A stretch of 61,629 nucleotides of DNA, filler included. It is 5 parts of 5 records of this genome, joined end to end, with 100 filler letters (N's around TTAATTAATTAA, not from the genome) between each part and the next. Parts side by side here need not be neighbours in the genome. Positions count along the whole stretch, not along the records: positions 9,482 to 20,990 come from SRR31156797_413; positions 21,091 to 44,035 come from SRR31156797_420; 3 more parts are not named here. One strand, 5' to 3'. Both the position numbers and the translations under genes were made by a program. A model generated the notes under the pieces. The model had not been told where the DNA came from. It made no database searches and was given only the letters and a program-made list of their open reading frames with translations. This document shows, in pieces, positions 19,837-29,804 of this stretch. Numbering within the stretch: position 1 is the first letter of the stretch; every line of letters begins with the position of its first letter.

Positions 19837-20655
19837 ATGAAGTTGATGAAGTTACTTTTGGTTCCATTATGTGTCTTTGCCCTGGTTTCCCAGGCGTTCT
19901 GTGCTGACATCGAGCTTGCAAAAAAATCCACGCTTGAAGAAATTATTCAGAGAGGCACCCTGCGGATCGGTCTTGATCCCGGATATCAGCCCTTTGAAAT
20001 GACCGACAAAAAAGGGAACATCATCGGATTTGATGTTGATATTGCAAAGGCCCTTGCAAAATCCATGGGTGTAAAACTGGAAATTGTCAACACGGACTAT
20101 GACGGCATTATTCCGGCGCTTCTGACCGATAAGTTCGATATCATCCTCAGCGGTATGACCGTCACCCAGAAGAGAAACCTGCAGATCAACTTCGCAGATC
20201 CCTACATTGTCGTTGGCCAGGCCATCATTCTGTCCAAAAAACTCGAAGGCACGGTCAAATCCTACAAAGACCTGAACGACCCCAAATACACCGTGGCATC
20301 CAGGATCGGAACCACCGGTGAAATGGCCACCAAGCGCATGATTCCCAAGGCAAAATACAAGTCCTTTGACAAGGAAGCCGACGGCGCCATGGATGTTGTC
20401 AACGGCCAGTCCGATGCATTCATTTATGATCTGCCCTTCGATGTTGTTTTCATGGCACAGCAGGGAAGTGATAAAGTCGTTCTTCTGGACAAACCCTTTA
20501 CCTATGAGCCCCTTGGAATGGGTATCAAAAAAGGTGATCCTGACTTTCTGAACTTCCTGAACAACTTTATGCGTCAGATCAAGGCCGACGGTACCCACGA
20601 GCGTATTTACAACAAATGGATCAAAAGCACCGGCTGGTTCAAAAACATGAAATAG
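19837..20655 (+). CDS. Polar amino-acid ABC transporter substrate-binding protein (family 3)
   Basis: Signal peptide; YQPFE, GFDVDIA, DIILSGMTVTQKR, GTTG; AAGGAG RBS. Confidence 0.93.
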   Translation: MKLMKLLLVPLCVFALVSQAFCADIELAKKSTLEEIIQRGTLRIGLDPGYQPFEMTDKKGNIIGFDVDIAKALAKSMGVKLEIVNTDYDGIIPALLTDKFDIILSGMTVTQKRNLQINFADPYIVVGQAIILSKKLEGTVKSYKDLNDPKYTVASRIGTTGEMATKRMIPKAKYKSFDKEADGAMDVVNGQSDAFIYDLPFDVVFMAQQGSDKVVLLDKPFTYEPLGMGIKKGDPDFLNFLNNFMRQIKADGTHERIYNKWIKSTGWFKNMK

Positions 20656-20752
20656 CCCGGCCTAGGATTGAAAACCGGTTCATCACCCCGGAAGTACCTG
20701 TTTTTGTTCACCTGTGCTTTCGGGGTCATTTTTTTTGAGGAGATACACGTAA

Positions 20753-20990
20753 ATGTCTTTATACCCCGGCCTGGACGCCCCAAGGAGTAAAGCCTATAAA
20801 CAATTCTGGGCTGCATTTTTCATTATTTCCATTATAGCCGCAATCGCAACGGTCTTCATTGCGACAAAATCCATTGACTATGTGTGGCGCTGGAATACGG
20901 TTGCTAAATATTTTGCCTACCAGGATGCCATTGAAACCGTTGCGGAAATCGAAGGGATCGTGACAACGATCACACCCGAAGGACCGGTCA
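20753..20990 (+). CDS. Amino-acid ABC transporter permease, N-terminal part (cut by contig end)
   Basis: Follows the SBP; TM segment then DYVWRW; open into the N spacer. Confidence 0.7.
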
Positions 20991-21090
20991 NNNNNNNNNN
21001 NNNNNNNNNNNNNNNNNNNNNNNNNNNNNNNNNNTTAATTAATTAANNNNNNNNNNNNNNNNNNNNNNNNNNNNNNNNNNNNNNNNNNNN
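20991..21090. other. Artificial contig spacer
   Basis: N44-TTAATTAATTAA-N44. Confidence 0.99.
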
Positions 21091-21747
21091 GACCGTGGGC
21101 CACTACCCCCTCAAGATAGCCCAACCTTATAAATATCAAACAATTACAACAGATAGGCGCACAAACGAGCGCACTACTAGGAATCCTGAAAACCCTTTAA
21201 GCTCAAACAACTATGCGCATTAGGCGCTTTTTTGGGCATAACACACAATAGAATTTAATGAAATAGTCACCTCTCCCACACGGTGAACTAAAACAATAAA
21301 AATCAAATATCTCATTGCAATCAGCGCACTTTCATACTCAACGAAAGATCGTTGAGTTCCTCTTCACCCCAGTCGTTGTCCGGGTATTTATGCTAGCTCA
21401 AGCAGACTATTTTATCTTTTTTCAGAATCTTGAGGATACAAATCCGAGTGTACAAGCAGATCCCGTCCATGACGGTAACCCAATAATCAACAGTCACAAG
21501 CAAGCAGATTCTTTACCGGCCAACATAATGCCGCGGAAACTGAGCTTTTCGACCGTTGTACACTCTTACAAGGCCGCCTACTAGCCAACAACTACTTCTA
21601 TATAGACTGCAGGTTCAGTTTTGTTACAGAAGCTCAGTAAAAACCTATCTTAGTCGGTATGCTATTAAAAGATGTTCTTGTCCGGGTTAATTACCGGCAT
21701 AATTACGAACAGGCAAAATCAACAAACTCTAATAATTATGCGCGTTG

Positions 21748-22098
21748 TCACCCAATCGCAAAGAACCATTGACATCCCAAAAAAACTGCCATACTCAGCA
21801 CGATGGTTAGCAGCAAATTTTTATATATTCCTCCAACCAAACAAGCGGTAAGGGCTCCGATGAGATAAGGGTTACTGGGATTCAGGTTTAGCTTTTCCCC
21901 GGTTGGCATCAGGACAGAAGGAACAATAATTGCTGTCAGCACTACGGGAGGAACATATTTAAGCCCTCGTTCAAAAAGTGCAGGGAAACGAAGTCGTCCT
22001 GAAATCGGAAACATAATATATCGTATGCCAAAGGTAACCACTGCCATACCTGAAATCAGGTACATTTCATACAATGAAATACCAAAATCAAAATTCAT
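21748..22098 (-). CDS. azlD: AzlD-domain branched-chain amino acid exporter small subunit
   Basis: GMAVVTFGIRY, LKYVPPVVLTAII; coupled to azlC. Confidence 0.85.
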   Translation of the reverse strand: MNFDFGISLYEMYLISGMAVVTFGIRYIMFPISGRLRFPALFERGLKYVPPVVLTAIIVPSVLMPTGEKLNLNPSNPYLIGALTACLVGGIYKNLLLTIVLSMAVFLGCQWFFAIG

Positions 22099-22838
22099 TA
22101 CGCCACTTCCTTTTTTCTAGAAATTATTTTTTCGCTAATTAGTCCCACTGCTATCCCAGTAAGTGCTGCAACCATTAAACCTAATTTATGGGGAAGCCCT
22201 CCAGCCATGATTGAAACCATTCCGGCTGTTACGACAGAAGCCCACATTGGCTTTGAAACAAGATAAGGGATGACAATGCCAATAAATGTGGCGGGCATGG
22301 CAAAATCCAACCCCCATTGTGATATCGCAGGAAAAGCTTTTCCCGCAGTGAGTCCAATGAGGGTACAGAGATTCCAATTGCTGTACATAAAAAGCATAGA
22401 GCCTAGATTGTAATAATGCTTGTCAGAAACATCATCCATCTGATTGTAGCGCCTCACGGCCACAGCAAAAGTTTCATCTGTTAAACCAAAGGCCAGCAAT
22501 ACCTTCCAAAATGGATTCAATTTTTTATAAAAAGGAACCATAGTGGCGCCATAGAGCATATGGCGCAGGTTGACCACGAAGGTGGTCAGTACAATCATGG
22601 GCCAAGCTGTACCAGCAGTAACAAGACTCACACAGACAAACTGGGAGGCTCCAGCAAAAACAAATATGGACATTGCTAAAGTAGCGGTAAAGGAGAGTCC
22701 TGCTGTAGCGGCCAGGGTCCCGAAAATAATACCAAAGGGAATGGCCCCGATAACTAAGGGCAAAGTATCCTTTGCACCTTCAAAAAATAGAGACAAAGGA
22801 AGACTCTTCCTCTTCGAACTACTTTTACACTCATGCAT
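22098..22838 (-). CDS. azlC: AzlC-family exporter permease
   Basis: PFGIIFG, FAGASQF, VNLRHMLYG, LTDETFA, GLDFAMPATFI. Confidence 0.9.
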   Translation of the reverse strand: MHECKSSSKRKSLPLSLFFEGAKDTLPLVIGAIPFGIIFGTLAATAGLSFTATLAMSIFVFAGASQFVCVSLVTAGTAWPMIVLTTFVVNLRHMLYGATMVPFYKKLNPFWKVLLAFGLTDETFAVAVRRYNQMDDVSDKHYYNLGSMLFMYSNWNLCTLIGLTAGKAFPAISQWGLDFAMPATFIGIVIPYLVSKPMWASVVTAGMVSIMAGGLPHKLGLMVAALTGIAVGLISEKIISRKKEVA

Positions 22839-23037
22839 TGCGGCTCACTATTACCCTGTTATTGAAACTTTCAGTATTGCAGGCTGATGAATTTGAATTA
22901 CAGCATCATCGGCTGTCAGGCCAGACATAGCTGCTCAAAAGTATCTCTTGAAATTGCATGAAGACCTAAGTACTTTTTATCAATCAAATGTGCGTAATCA
23001 TAAACCGCGAGTGCGATATTGTCAATATGGGTGCTAT

Positions 23038-23592
23038 ATGAACCAACCAGTTGAAGCCGTTTCTCAAAATTTGAAAAACATCAGGGAGAATAGAGGCCTA
23101 AGTTTAGATCAACTTGCTGAGCTCACTGGAGTAAGCAAGAGCATGTTGAGGCAGATCGAAACTGGTAAATCCAGCCCGACGATTGTAATAATATGGAAAA
23201 TTGCCAACGGTTTACGCATATCTTTTTCCGCCCTGCTAAGACAACAAGACATCCATGCTGAAGTCAAACCATTTCGATCTGCACATCCACTCACTGCTGA
23301 ATCAGGAAGATATCGAGTTTTCCCCTTAGTCTCCTTTGACCCTCACCAGTCATTCGAAACGTATTACCTGGAAATTGATCCAGGTACGATTTATTCCGGG
23401 GAACCGCACCAGGAAAATATTTATGAATACATATTTGTCACTAAAGGAGCCTTGGAGGTATCGATAGGAGACGAAACATTCAAAATAAACGAGAATGAAT
23501 TTTTAAAATTTGAGGCAAATAATACTCATGGTTACAAATGCATTGGCAATAAAATGGTGAAAGCAATAATGCAGCTAAGCTACCTTTCATGA
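23038..23592 (+). CDS. XRE-family HTH + cupin transcriptional regulator (SutR/PuuR-like), divergent from azlCD
   Basis: LSLDQLAELTGVSKSML.QIE.G.SSPT...WKIANGL; cupin PH..E. Confidence 0.88.
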   Translation: MNQPVEAVSQNLKNIRENRGLSLDQLAELTGVSKSMLRQIETGKSSPTIVIIWKIANGLRISFSALLRQQDIHAEVKPFRSAHPLTAESGRYRVFPLVSFDPHQSFETYYLEIDPGTIYSGEPHQENIYEYIFVTKGALEVSIGDETFKINENEFLKFEANNTHGYKCIGNKMVKAIMQLSYLS

Positions 23593-23650
23593 CACAATAA
23601 TAAGCAATAGTGAAATAGTAGCCATCTCCTCCGCCTCGGTAGGCCGATCA

Positions 23651-24268
23651 TTATCGTGGGTACCCTTTACTTTTTGCACTCAGGGCAACTCTCGCCTCTG
23701 CAGTTTCATCCTCCTCAAGTGTGTCAAAACCAGAGCCGGCCAACATGGCCAACGCCCTTTTTCTCAAAGGATTTCCCACACGGTCAAGGCAATTGCAAAG
23801 GTGATTATAGTACAGCTCAAGGGTTGCATCAGAGTACGTTTCCAACTCCCCACGGAGGTAGGTTTTCGTAGAGGTAGCATCCTGTTCGTCCGCCTCAACT
23901 GGTCGCCCCTGACGATGAAGATGGGGGTACTTTGCAACCATTTGTTTCACCCAGGCGATCTGAATATCAACTATCTTATCGATTAAAACATTTTCACTGA
24001 CTACTGGAATAATACCTTCCATGCGTGCATATTTTATTGCCAGCAAATTCCTGTTTTCTGATTTTGCTTTCTCAAGATCTTTAAGGTAACTCCCCAGGAC
24101 ATCCTCGGGCCAAACTGAAAACATTGCATTCCTGTGAAACCTAAAACCGTCGGGGTTCTCTTGGCATGCTGCCCTCCCTCTAGCTCGTACGCTGAGGAAC
24201 ATTTGAAGTTCGAGTTCAACAATCTCAGCAATAATATCTTGTTTGTTTACCATTGCTTGATCCACCAT
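23651..24268 (-). CDS. DUF4125 family protein
   Basis: ELQMF..V...GRAACQE, SYLKDL, NLLAIKYARM, TYLRGELETYS..TL.LY. Confidence 0.8.
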   Translation of the reverse strand: MVDQAMVNKQDIIAEIVELELQMFLSVRARGRAACQENPDGFRFHRNAMFSVWPEDVLGSYLKDLEKAKSENRNLLAIKYARMEGIIPVVSENVLIDKIVDIQIAWVKQMVAKYPHLHRQGRPVEADEQDATSTKTYLRGELETYSDATLELYYNHLCNCLDRVGNPLRKRALAMLAGSGFDTLEEDETAEARVALSAKSKGYPR

Positions 24269-24286
24269 TTTTTCTTCCTCTACCCC

Positions 24287-25214
24287 CTAACCTGCCAGCA
24301 CATTATATGCTCGCATCTCAGGATCCTTTATATGGGCCTGAACCTTCGGACCATGATCGGGTAAAAAATCACTATCGCTGTCGCTCATTCCAAGTTGATT
24401 TAATTTTTCAATAATTTTGAAGGAGAGCAGCTCTATTGCTTCTTCCTTCTCATTATACTTCTGCGTTGATAAGAGCTTGTTGATAATATCAAAGGCAACC
24501 ATACCCAAAATAGGCAACTCCATTACCGCTCTGTGAGCCCATTTATAAAAGGGGACATATCGCTTATTCAGTAAAAATATCAAAGACAAAGCTGCTTCCA
24601 AAAACTTCATTTCTGACTGATTCGCCGCATAAAGTTCATTGCGCCTCAAGCAACGAGGAAAATTATACTGCCCTGCCCGCCCAGCAGTCATGCACCGAGC
24701 TGCAATTTTTTTTATTCGAACATCTTCGGGATAGTAATTTTCAAGTGTTTTACGAATAGCTGTAAATTGCCCTGGAGGATCTTGAAAGACTTTACCATTA
24801 ACTGCGGTCGCCAGGGCATTTTCAGGGATAACGAGCCATTGTTTAAGTGTCGCAGGAGTATCGATGATTCCTAAATAGCGTCGGTAAAAACTCATCAATT
24901 CCCAAGACACCTACCCGCCTCGTTCCCCACTGACTCGTGAGCCTAGCACTGAACCCTCTAAAATTACCAGGAAGACTATCGTATACTTTTTGTATTCTAT
25001 AACCAAAGGCCTGAATATCACTTTTTCCCAGCCAGATACAAAAGCCAGGGCCCCAATCATGATCCCTTGATATATGATCATCGTAACCAAAACAATCAGA
25101 GCCGTCTCCAACTAAGCCAATCGCCATTTTTGGCAAAAGTTCAGAACATTCTTTTTCAAATATTGGCAATCCAATATCTGAGAAATATTGCTCACAAAGA
25201 TCAAGCCCTTTCAT
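24287..25214 (-). pseudogene. DUF4037 (Pol-beta-type nucleotidyltransferase-like) gene, frameshifted
   Basis: GLVGDGSDCFGYDDHISRDHDWGPGF in 24843..25214 and VNGKVF.D..G.F, GQYNFPR, PFYKW in 24287..24910; removing one base of the A5 run at 24886-24890 restores GIDEFYRRYLG. Confidence 0.8.
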
Positions 25215-25235
25215 ACCTCACCACCTATGCATATT

Positions 25236-25787
25236 TTAGACATTAGATTCTAGCGTGGTGATGTTGTACCTGCATTGAGACGCTTTTTCCACCTCACCGA
25301 GAATGCTGTAAATTTCTTCAGCCTTGTAAAAGTATGTAACAGCTGCCTCAATATTTTGGGCCTGAGAGTATGCGTAGGCAATATTGCTGAATTGAGCTGC
25401 AATCCCAGGTTTATTGTTCTGCTCCCTGAGTATACCTGCTGCTTCTTGGTAGAACTCCAGGGCCTTCGCATAATCTCCCTGGTCTCGATAAACCGATCCC
25501 ATATTGCCAATCTGAGTCGCCATTCCCACAGGATCTTTCTCTAGTTTAAAAAGTTCAGAAGCCTGCTGAAATGATTTGAAAGCTTCCTTAAATCTTTTAA
25601 AATCTGCCTGCAAAAAGCCCTGATCACTAAGGAGTTTCGCTCGCGCTTGTTTAGTGTTAAATACGTTTTGGTCAAGTGTTCGTCTCACTAAACCCAGGGC
25701 ACCTTGCAGGTCACCCCTTTCTATATAGCACATTCTCTGCTGGGCAAACTCTACCAGCATTACTTCATCATTTTTTATCTTATCCAT
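25236..25787 (-). CDS. Tetratricopeptide repeat protein
   Basis: TPR consensus GNMGSVYRDQGDYAKALEFYQEA, SNIAYAY...AVTYFYKA. Confidence 0.85.
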   Translation of the reverse strand: MDKIKNDEVMLVEFAQQRMCYIERGDLQGALGLVRRTLDQNVFNTKQARAKLLSDQGFLQADFKRFKEAFKSFQQASELFKLEKDPVGMATQIGNMGSVYRDQGDYAKALEFYQEAAGILREQNNKPGIAAQFSNIAYAYSQAQNIEAAVTYFYKAEEIYSILGEVEKASQCRYNITTLESNV

Positions 25788-25824
25788 TTTTCTAATATGT
25801 TAGTGGTCCTTGATTAAAGCCCAC

Positions 25825-25973
25825 CTAGGAGCGTGTCGGAGAATTGCCATTTTTGTTCAATTCGAGGCATGGGCAGGAAATTAAGCACAGCCATATAATC
25901 AATATTGCGAGCATTAATTATTTGACCATAACGAAGAAGTGGGCGAAAAGGGCTTTCTCCGACACGCTCCTAG
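25825..25973. mobile_element. MITE (non-autonomous IS-derived element)
   Basis: Perfect 19-bp terminal inverted repeat CTAGGAGCGTGTCGGAGAA / TTCTCCGACACGCTCCTAG including the CTAG ends; no coding capacity. Confidence 0.75.
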
Positions 25974-26082
25974 TTAGGATTTAGAATCGACACTTTCTAC
26001 CGATAGAAAAAGTAACACAACACTCACTACAGCGGAAACCTCGACAAAATCATGTCCAATCACCTCGTTATCAATTAACTAA

Positions 26083-27411
26083 TCACGTCAGCACTGTGGC
26101 AACATGTTCCTTGAAGCCAATATTAACTCCAACCAACTCATCCAATATTGGATTATAAATTTCTGGAATTACGGGTATATGGGTTCCAGTCATTTTGATT
26201 TGACCATTTAAAATCATCTTAACGGAAACGGCTGCAGGATAGGCTACTGTACGGGCAATAGAAGTGTCCTCACCAACAACACCATAATCCAACATTGTCG
26301 AAGTAATAGTTTCTTGTTTTTCGGAAAAATGGGCGACCACCTCATGGTGCATCACGACCATATCTTGATCTCCCGGGCCAATTGTCAATTTACGCATGGT
26401 TATATCATTGAGAAAATCCAGGGGGGTTGTACTCTTTTCTGAAAGCTTGGCCTCGCTGAACAAACCTAGCCACTCAAGTCTTTTAATGACCGTGGAATAT
26501 CTTTCCAACCGGAGAAAGTCGGCTACTGTATCAATAATAGTCGAATCAGGTTTGGCATTAACGAGGTGAGCACTCACATCTCGATACGTGCGGCCGGAAA
26601 AATTCTCCAATGGCTCATCTAACAGCCAGCCAAGTTCAACAATTTTTTTGAAGGTCTCACACCACCCCACCATTCTAAAGGTTCCGCGGTAAATAGTTGT
26701 AGACTTATCAAGACCATAAATACTCTGATAGGGTATAGAGTCCCGATTAGGATAGTTTTCAAATGTCCCAATTTCGGGCACATCCTGGAAATAATAATGT
26801 TCGAATAATTGCTCACCCGGCACAGAAACAATCTCTCCGCCTTCTAACCATTTTGAGGCATTTCGTGATGCAAGCAATACACCGCGTGGTGACCATGAAA
26901 ATTTATATCCAAAGGGATTGGTATTAGATGCATGGGCGGGAAGTGCTCCGGTAGTTGATTTGAAGCTGGTTACAGTTCCACCTCTCTCTTCTATATTGTG
27001 GATCATTCGCATGGCCGACATATGATCAATGCCAGGATCGAGACCAATTTCATTTAACAAAATCACTCCAGCTTCTTTAGCCTCTTTATCTAACGCCCTC
27101 ATCTCATTGCTGACATAGGAGGTTGTAACCAGATGCTTGTGATGCTTAACACATAATTTCGCCACGCTCACGTGGTGGATATAGGGAAGCAAACTGACAA
27201 CCAAATCAGAGGCAGATACCAATGTTTCCAGCTGAGCAGCATCTGCAACATCAAGAGATTTTGCTGTGCCATTTTCAGCTCCGTTTATAATTATATCAGC
27301 TTTGCTTACTGTCCGACTGGCAAGCGTAACAAAACAACATGGTTGATTAAGCAAATACCGAACTAACGGTTTCGACACCATACCTGCGCCGAGCACGAGC
27401 ACTTTATTCAT
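26083..27411 (-). CDS. Saccharopine dehydrogenase (L-glutamate-forming; AASS SDH domain / Lys9-like)
   Basis: LGAGMVS, SLLPY..H, TTSYVS, EIGLDPGIDH, YKFSWSPRGVL, YPNRDS, RGTFR, IARTV. Confidence 0.92.
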   Translation of the reverse strand: MNKVLVLGAGMVSKPLVRYLLNQPCCFVTLASRTVSKADIIINGAENGTAKSLDVADAAQLETLVSASDLVVSLLPYIHHVSVAKLCVKHHKHLVTTSYVSNEMRALDKEAKEAGVILLNEIGLDPGIDHMSAMRMIHNIEERGGTVTSFKSTTGALPAHASNTNPFGYKFSWSPRGVLLASRNASKWLEGGEIVSVPGEQLFEHYYFQDVPEIGTFENYPNRDSIPYQSIYGLDKSTTIYRGTFRMVGWCETFKKIVELGWLLDEPLENFSGRTYRDVSAHLVNAKPDSTIIDTVADFLRLERYSTVIKRLEWLGLFSEAKLSEKSTTPLDFLNDITMRKLTIGPGDQDMVVMHHEVVAHFSEKQETITSTMLDYGVVGEDTSIARTVAYPAAVSVKMILNGQIKMTGTHIPVIPEIYNPILDELVGVNIGFKEHVATVLT

Positions 27412-27464
27412 AAATTCACCATTGAAAGTAAGGAATTAGACTATAGCTACCGAGTAAGAAGGGT

Positions 27465-28763
27465 CTATAAATAGTCTTCAATATATCTAAAATCAGGGGT
27501 TAATTTTCCTTGATGAAGAATCAGTGCACCTTTAATTTCCTGTGACAGATTCAACTGTTCATATCCTACAGAAAAATCTGCTCGAGCTATCTGCGGGACA
27601 AATGGGACGAGGGTCTCACTAAAGTCAATAGACGATTCCCGAGGTAGTTCACAGGGCAGATTATCCACCGCCATTACAACAACGCCATCCTTGTGTAAAT
27701 CATCGTGTATAGCATCCTCGACCGGATCATAGATATACGAAGGATTATCTGGGCTGGTTGATTTTTCTGTAAATTCGATTGCCCCGTTTATGTCTACACT
27801 GATATCTCCAATCACCTGCAACCTGGTGCCATCTTCACAAGCTTTTTTAATTTGTTGCTTGGTGATAAGCCGTGGATAAGATTCATTCCAGTAAATACAG
27901 TTAACGAGAATACTCAAATGGGAAAGGTATTGATTAAAACAGGAACGATAATTTTGCGGTGAGCTGTAGTAATCCTGCAACGAAAAAGGTTTTTCAGCAT
28001 CAGCATGAACAACCATATCTCTCTCTTTAAACACAACCTTATAAATGGTGTACGGGGAGTAGTTATCAGTCAATGAATCAAGGTCACAAGGTGAAATTTC
28101 TGTTACCGGCAAAAGATCCAATATTTCCTGAGCCCCTTTGGATACATTGCCATACCCTGCGAAGCCAACCACAAAAGGAGCTAACGAGTCCGGCAACCCT
28201 TTTTCCTTGATATGCTGGCCAACATTTTCCAGATGCTGTTGGGCCTGATTTAAATCTTTATACTGTACAGTTGTTTTAATGTCATTCAGAGGCGATTCAA
28301 CATATTGTAACTTTAGTTTTTCTCCAAAAGACCAAAGTGTATCAATCATTCCTGCTAGCCCGGCGTAACGCCCAAAAAACACTAGTCTTTTACCATCATT
28401 ATTTATAATTTTTTCGTAATCAATAAGATTACATTCCAAAGACATCATTTTTTTCAACATGTCCATATTGTAAGGTTGGCCTTTTATAACATGAGAAAAA
28501 AACACATAAGTTTTTTTAACCCTGAAGCACTGAGACGGAATTTCTTTAACAGCAAAAGTAACAGAACAGTCATCAATATCTTCACATATAGTTGCCCCTG
28601 ACTTCTGAAACTCATAATCCAAAAATGACCTTACCTTTGAAGGTTGAACCACAACTTCAATGTTTTCAACTTCCGTCAGTGTTGCTATATCACTTGGAAC
28701 GACAGGAACACGTCTTTCCCATTTATTTTTATCTTCTCTTCGTATTGCAATTTTAGTTGTCAT
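27465..28763 (-). CDS. Lysine-ketoglutarate reductase (AASS LKR domain)
   Basis: IRREDKNKWERRVP, VQPS..R, VKEIP, FFSHVIKGQPYNM, LIDYEK, FGRYAGLAG, GNVSKGAQE, DNLPCELPRESS. Confidence 0.9.
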   Translation of the reverse strand: MTTKIAIRREDKNKWERRVPVVPSDIATLTEVENIEVVVQPSKVRSFLDYEFQKSGATICEDIDDCSVTFAVKEIPSQCFRVKKTYVFFSHVIKGQPYNMDMLKKMMSLECNLIDYEKIINNDGKRLVFFGRYAGLAGMIDTLWSFGEKLKLQYVESPLNDIKTTVQYKDLNQAQQHLENVGQHIKEKGLPDSLAPFVVGFAGYGNVSKGAQEILDLLPVTEISPCDLDSLTDNYSPYTIYKVVFKERDMVVHADAEKPFSLQDYYSSPQNYRSCFNQYLSHLSILVNCIYWNESYPRLITKQQIKKACEDGTRLQVIGDISVDINGAIEFTEKSTSPDNPSYIYDPVEDAIHDDLHKDGVVVMAVDNLPCELPRESSIDFSETLVPFVPQIARADFSVGYEQLNLSQEIKGALILHQGKLTPDFRYIEDYL

Positions 28764-28871
28764 GCACTAAACCTTTTGGTTAATCAAATTATATTTACAA
28801 TAATTAAAATTAATGTGCTTTTCTTCACTGCATCTTTACCCTCAAATAACGACTTCAATGGTATACATCCA

Positions 28872-29783
28872 ATGTCCCTACTCCTTCACCCCAGACCTGT
28901 GACAACTTATCTGGCACTCTTCACAACAACACTCCTGTGGGGAGGCACATTCATCGCAGGAAGAGCTTTGGCTGATTCAATCCCGCCAGTAAATTCTGCT
29001 TTCTTACGATTTGTGATAGCCACTCTAGGACTGGCAATTCTAACTCGTCTCATTGAAGGCAAAGTCTTTATCCCTCCGAGAAAGCAATGGTTGCCGTTGA
29101 TACTTCTTGGAATAATTGGTGTATTCTGTCACAACATTCTTTTCTTCACTGGCTTACAATATATTGAAGCTGGCCGAGCATCCCTCATTGTTGCCCTGAA
29201 CCCCCTGGCGATTACAGTTGTAGGTGTCATTTTCCTTGGTGAACGACTAACACTCATACAGTTTGCAGGTATACTCCTTTCGCTATTTGGAGCTTTTTTT
29301 GTAATTAGTAATGGTCACCCTGGAGCTACCATTTTAGGTGGTTTCGGTATTGGTGAAACAGCAATTCTTGGCTGTGTCGCCAGTTGGACGGCATATACAA
29401 TTATCGGAAGAAAAGTATTAAGAGCACTGCCACCACTTCAAGCAGTATTTCATTCCTCACTGATAGGGACCATCCTACTCTTTCCACCTACTCTGATAAA
29501 TGATTCAATCGGCGAAATACTTTCTTATTCAATATCTGATTGGACTGGTCTCATCTTTCTCGGTCTGTTCGGCACAGCAATCGCTTTCTCCTTATACTAC
29601 CAGGCGATTAGAGAGATCGGGACTACTCGCTGTAGTGTGTTCATGAACCTTGTCCCCTTTTTCTCAATAGTTCTTTCCTGGTTTTTACTAAACGAGTCGA
29701 TGAATCTATCTGTCCTTGCTGGCGGACTCATTTTACTTACAGGTGTATTTCTCACCAACACGTCATCCATTTTTTCAAAATAG
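28872..29783 (+). CDS. DMT/EamA family transporter
   Basis: LWGGTF, AFLRF, 10 TM pattern, duplicated EamA repeats; start set at ATG 28872 to avoid overlap with LKR. Confidence 0.88.
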   Translation: MSLLLHPRPVTTYLALFTTTLLWGGTFIAGRALADSIPPVNSAFLRFVIATLGLAILTRLIEGKVFIPPRKQWLPLILLGIIGVFCHNILFFTGLQYIEAGRASLIVALNPLAITVVGVIFLGERLTLIQFAGILLSLFGAFFVISNGHPGATILGGFGIGETAILGCVASWTAYTIIGRKVLRALPPLQAVFHSSLIGTILLFPPTLINDSIGEILSYSISDWTGLIFLGLFGTAIAFSLYYQAIREIGTTRCSVFMNLVPFFSIVLSWFLLNESMNLSVLAGGLILLTGVFLTNTSSIFSK

Positions 29784-29804
29784 ACGCACATTCATTCACA
29801 TTAC

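Noticed and set aside
21091-21700. Possible integron att site or short ORF (21315..21584) at the start of contig 3
   Set aside because: GCATAAC-like cores are present, but there is no convincing attC pairing, no integrase and no protein motif.
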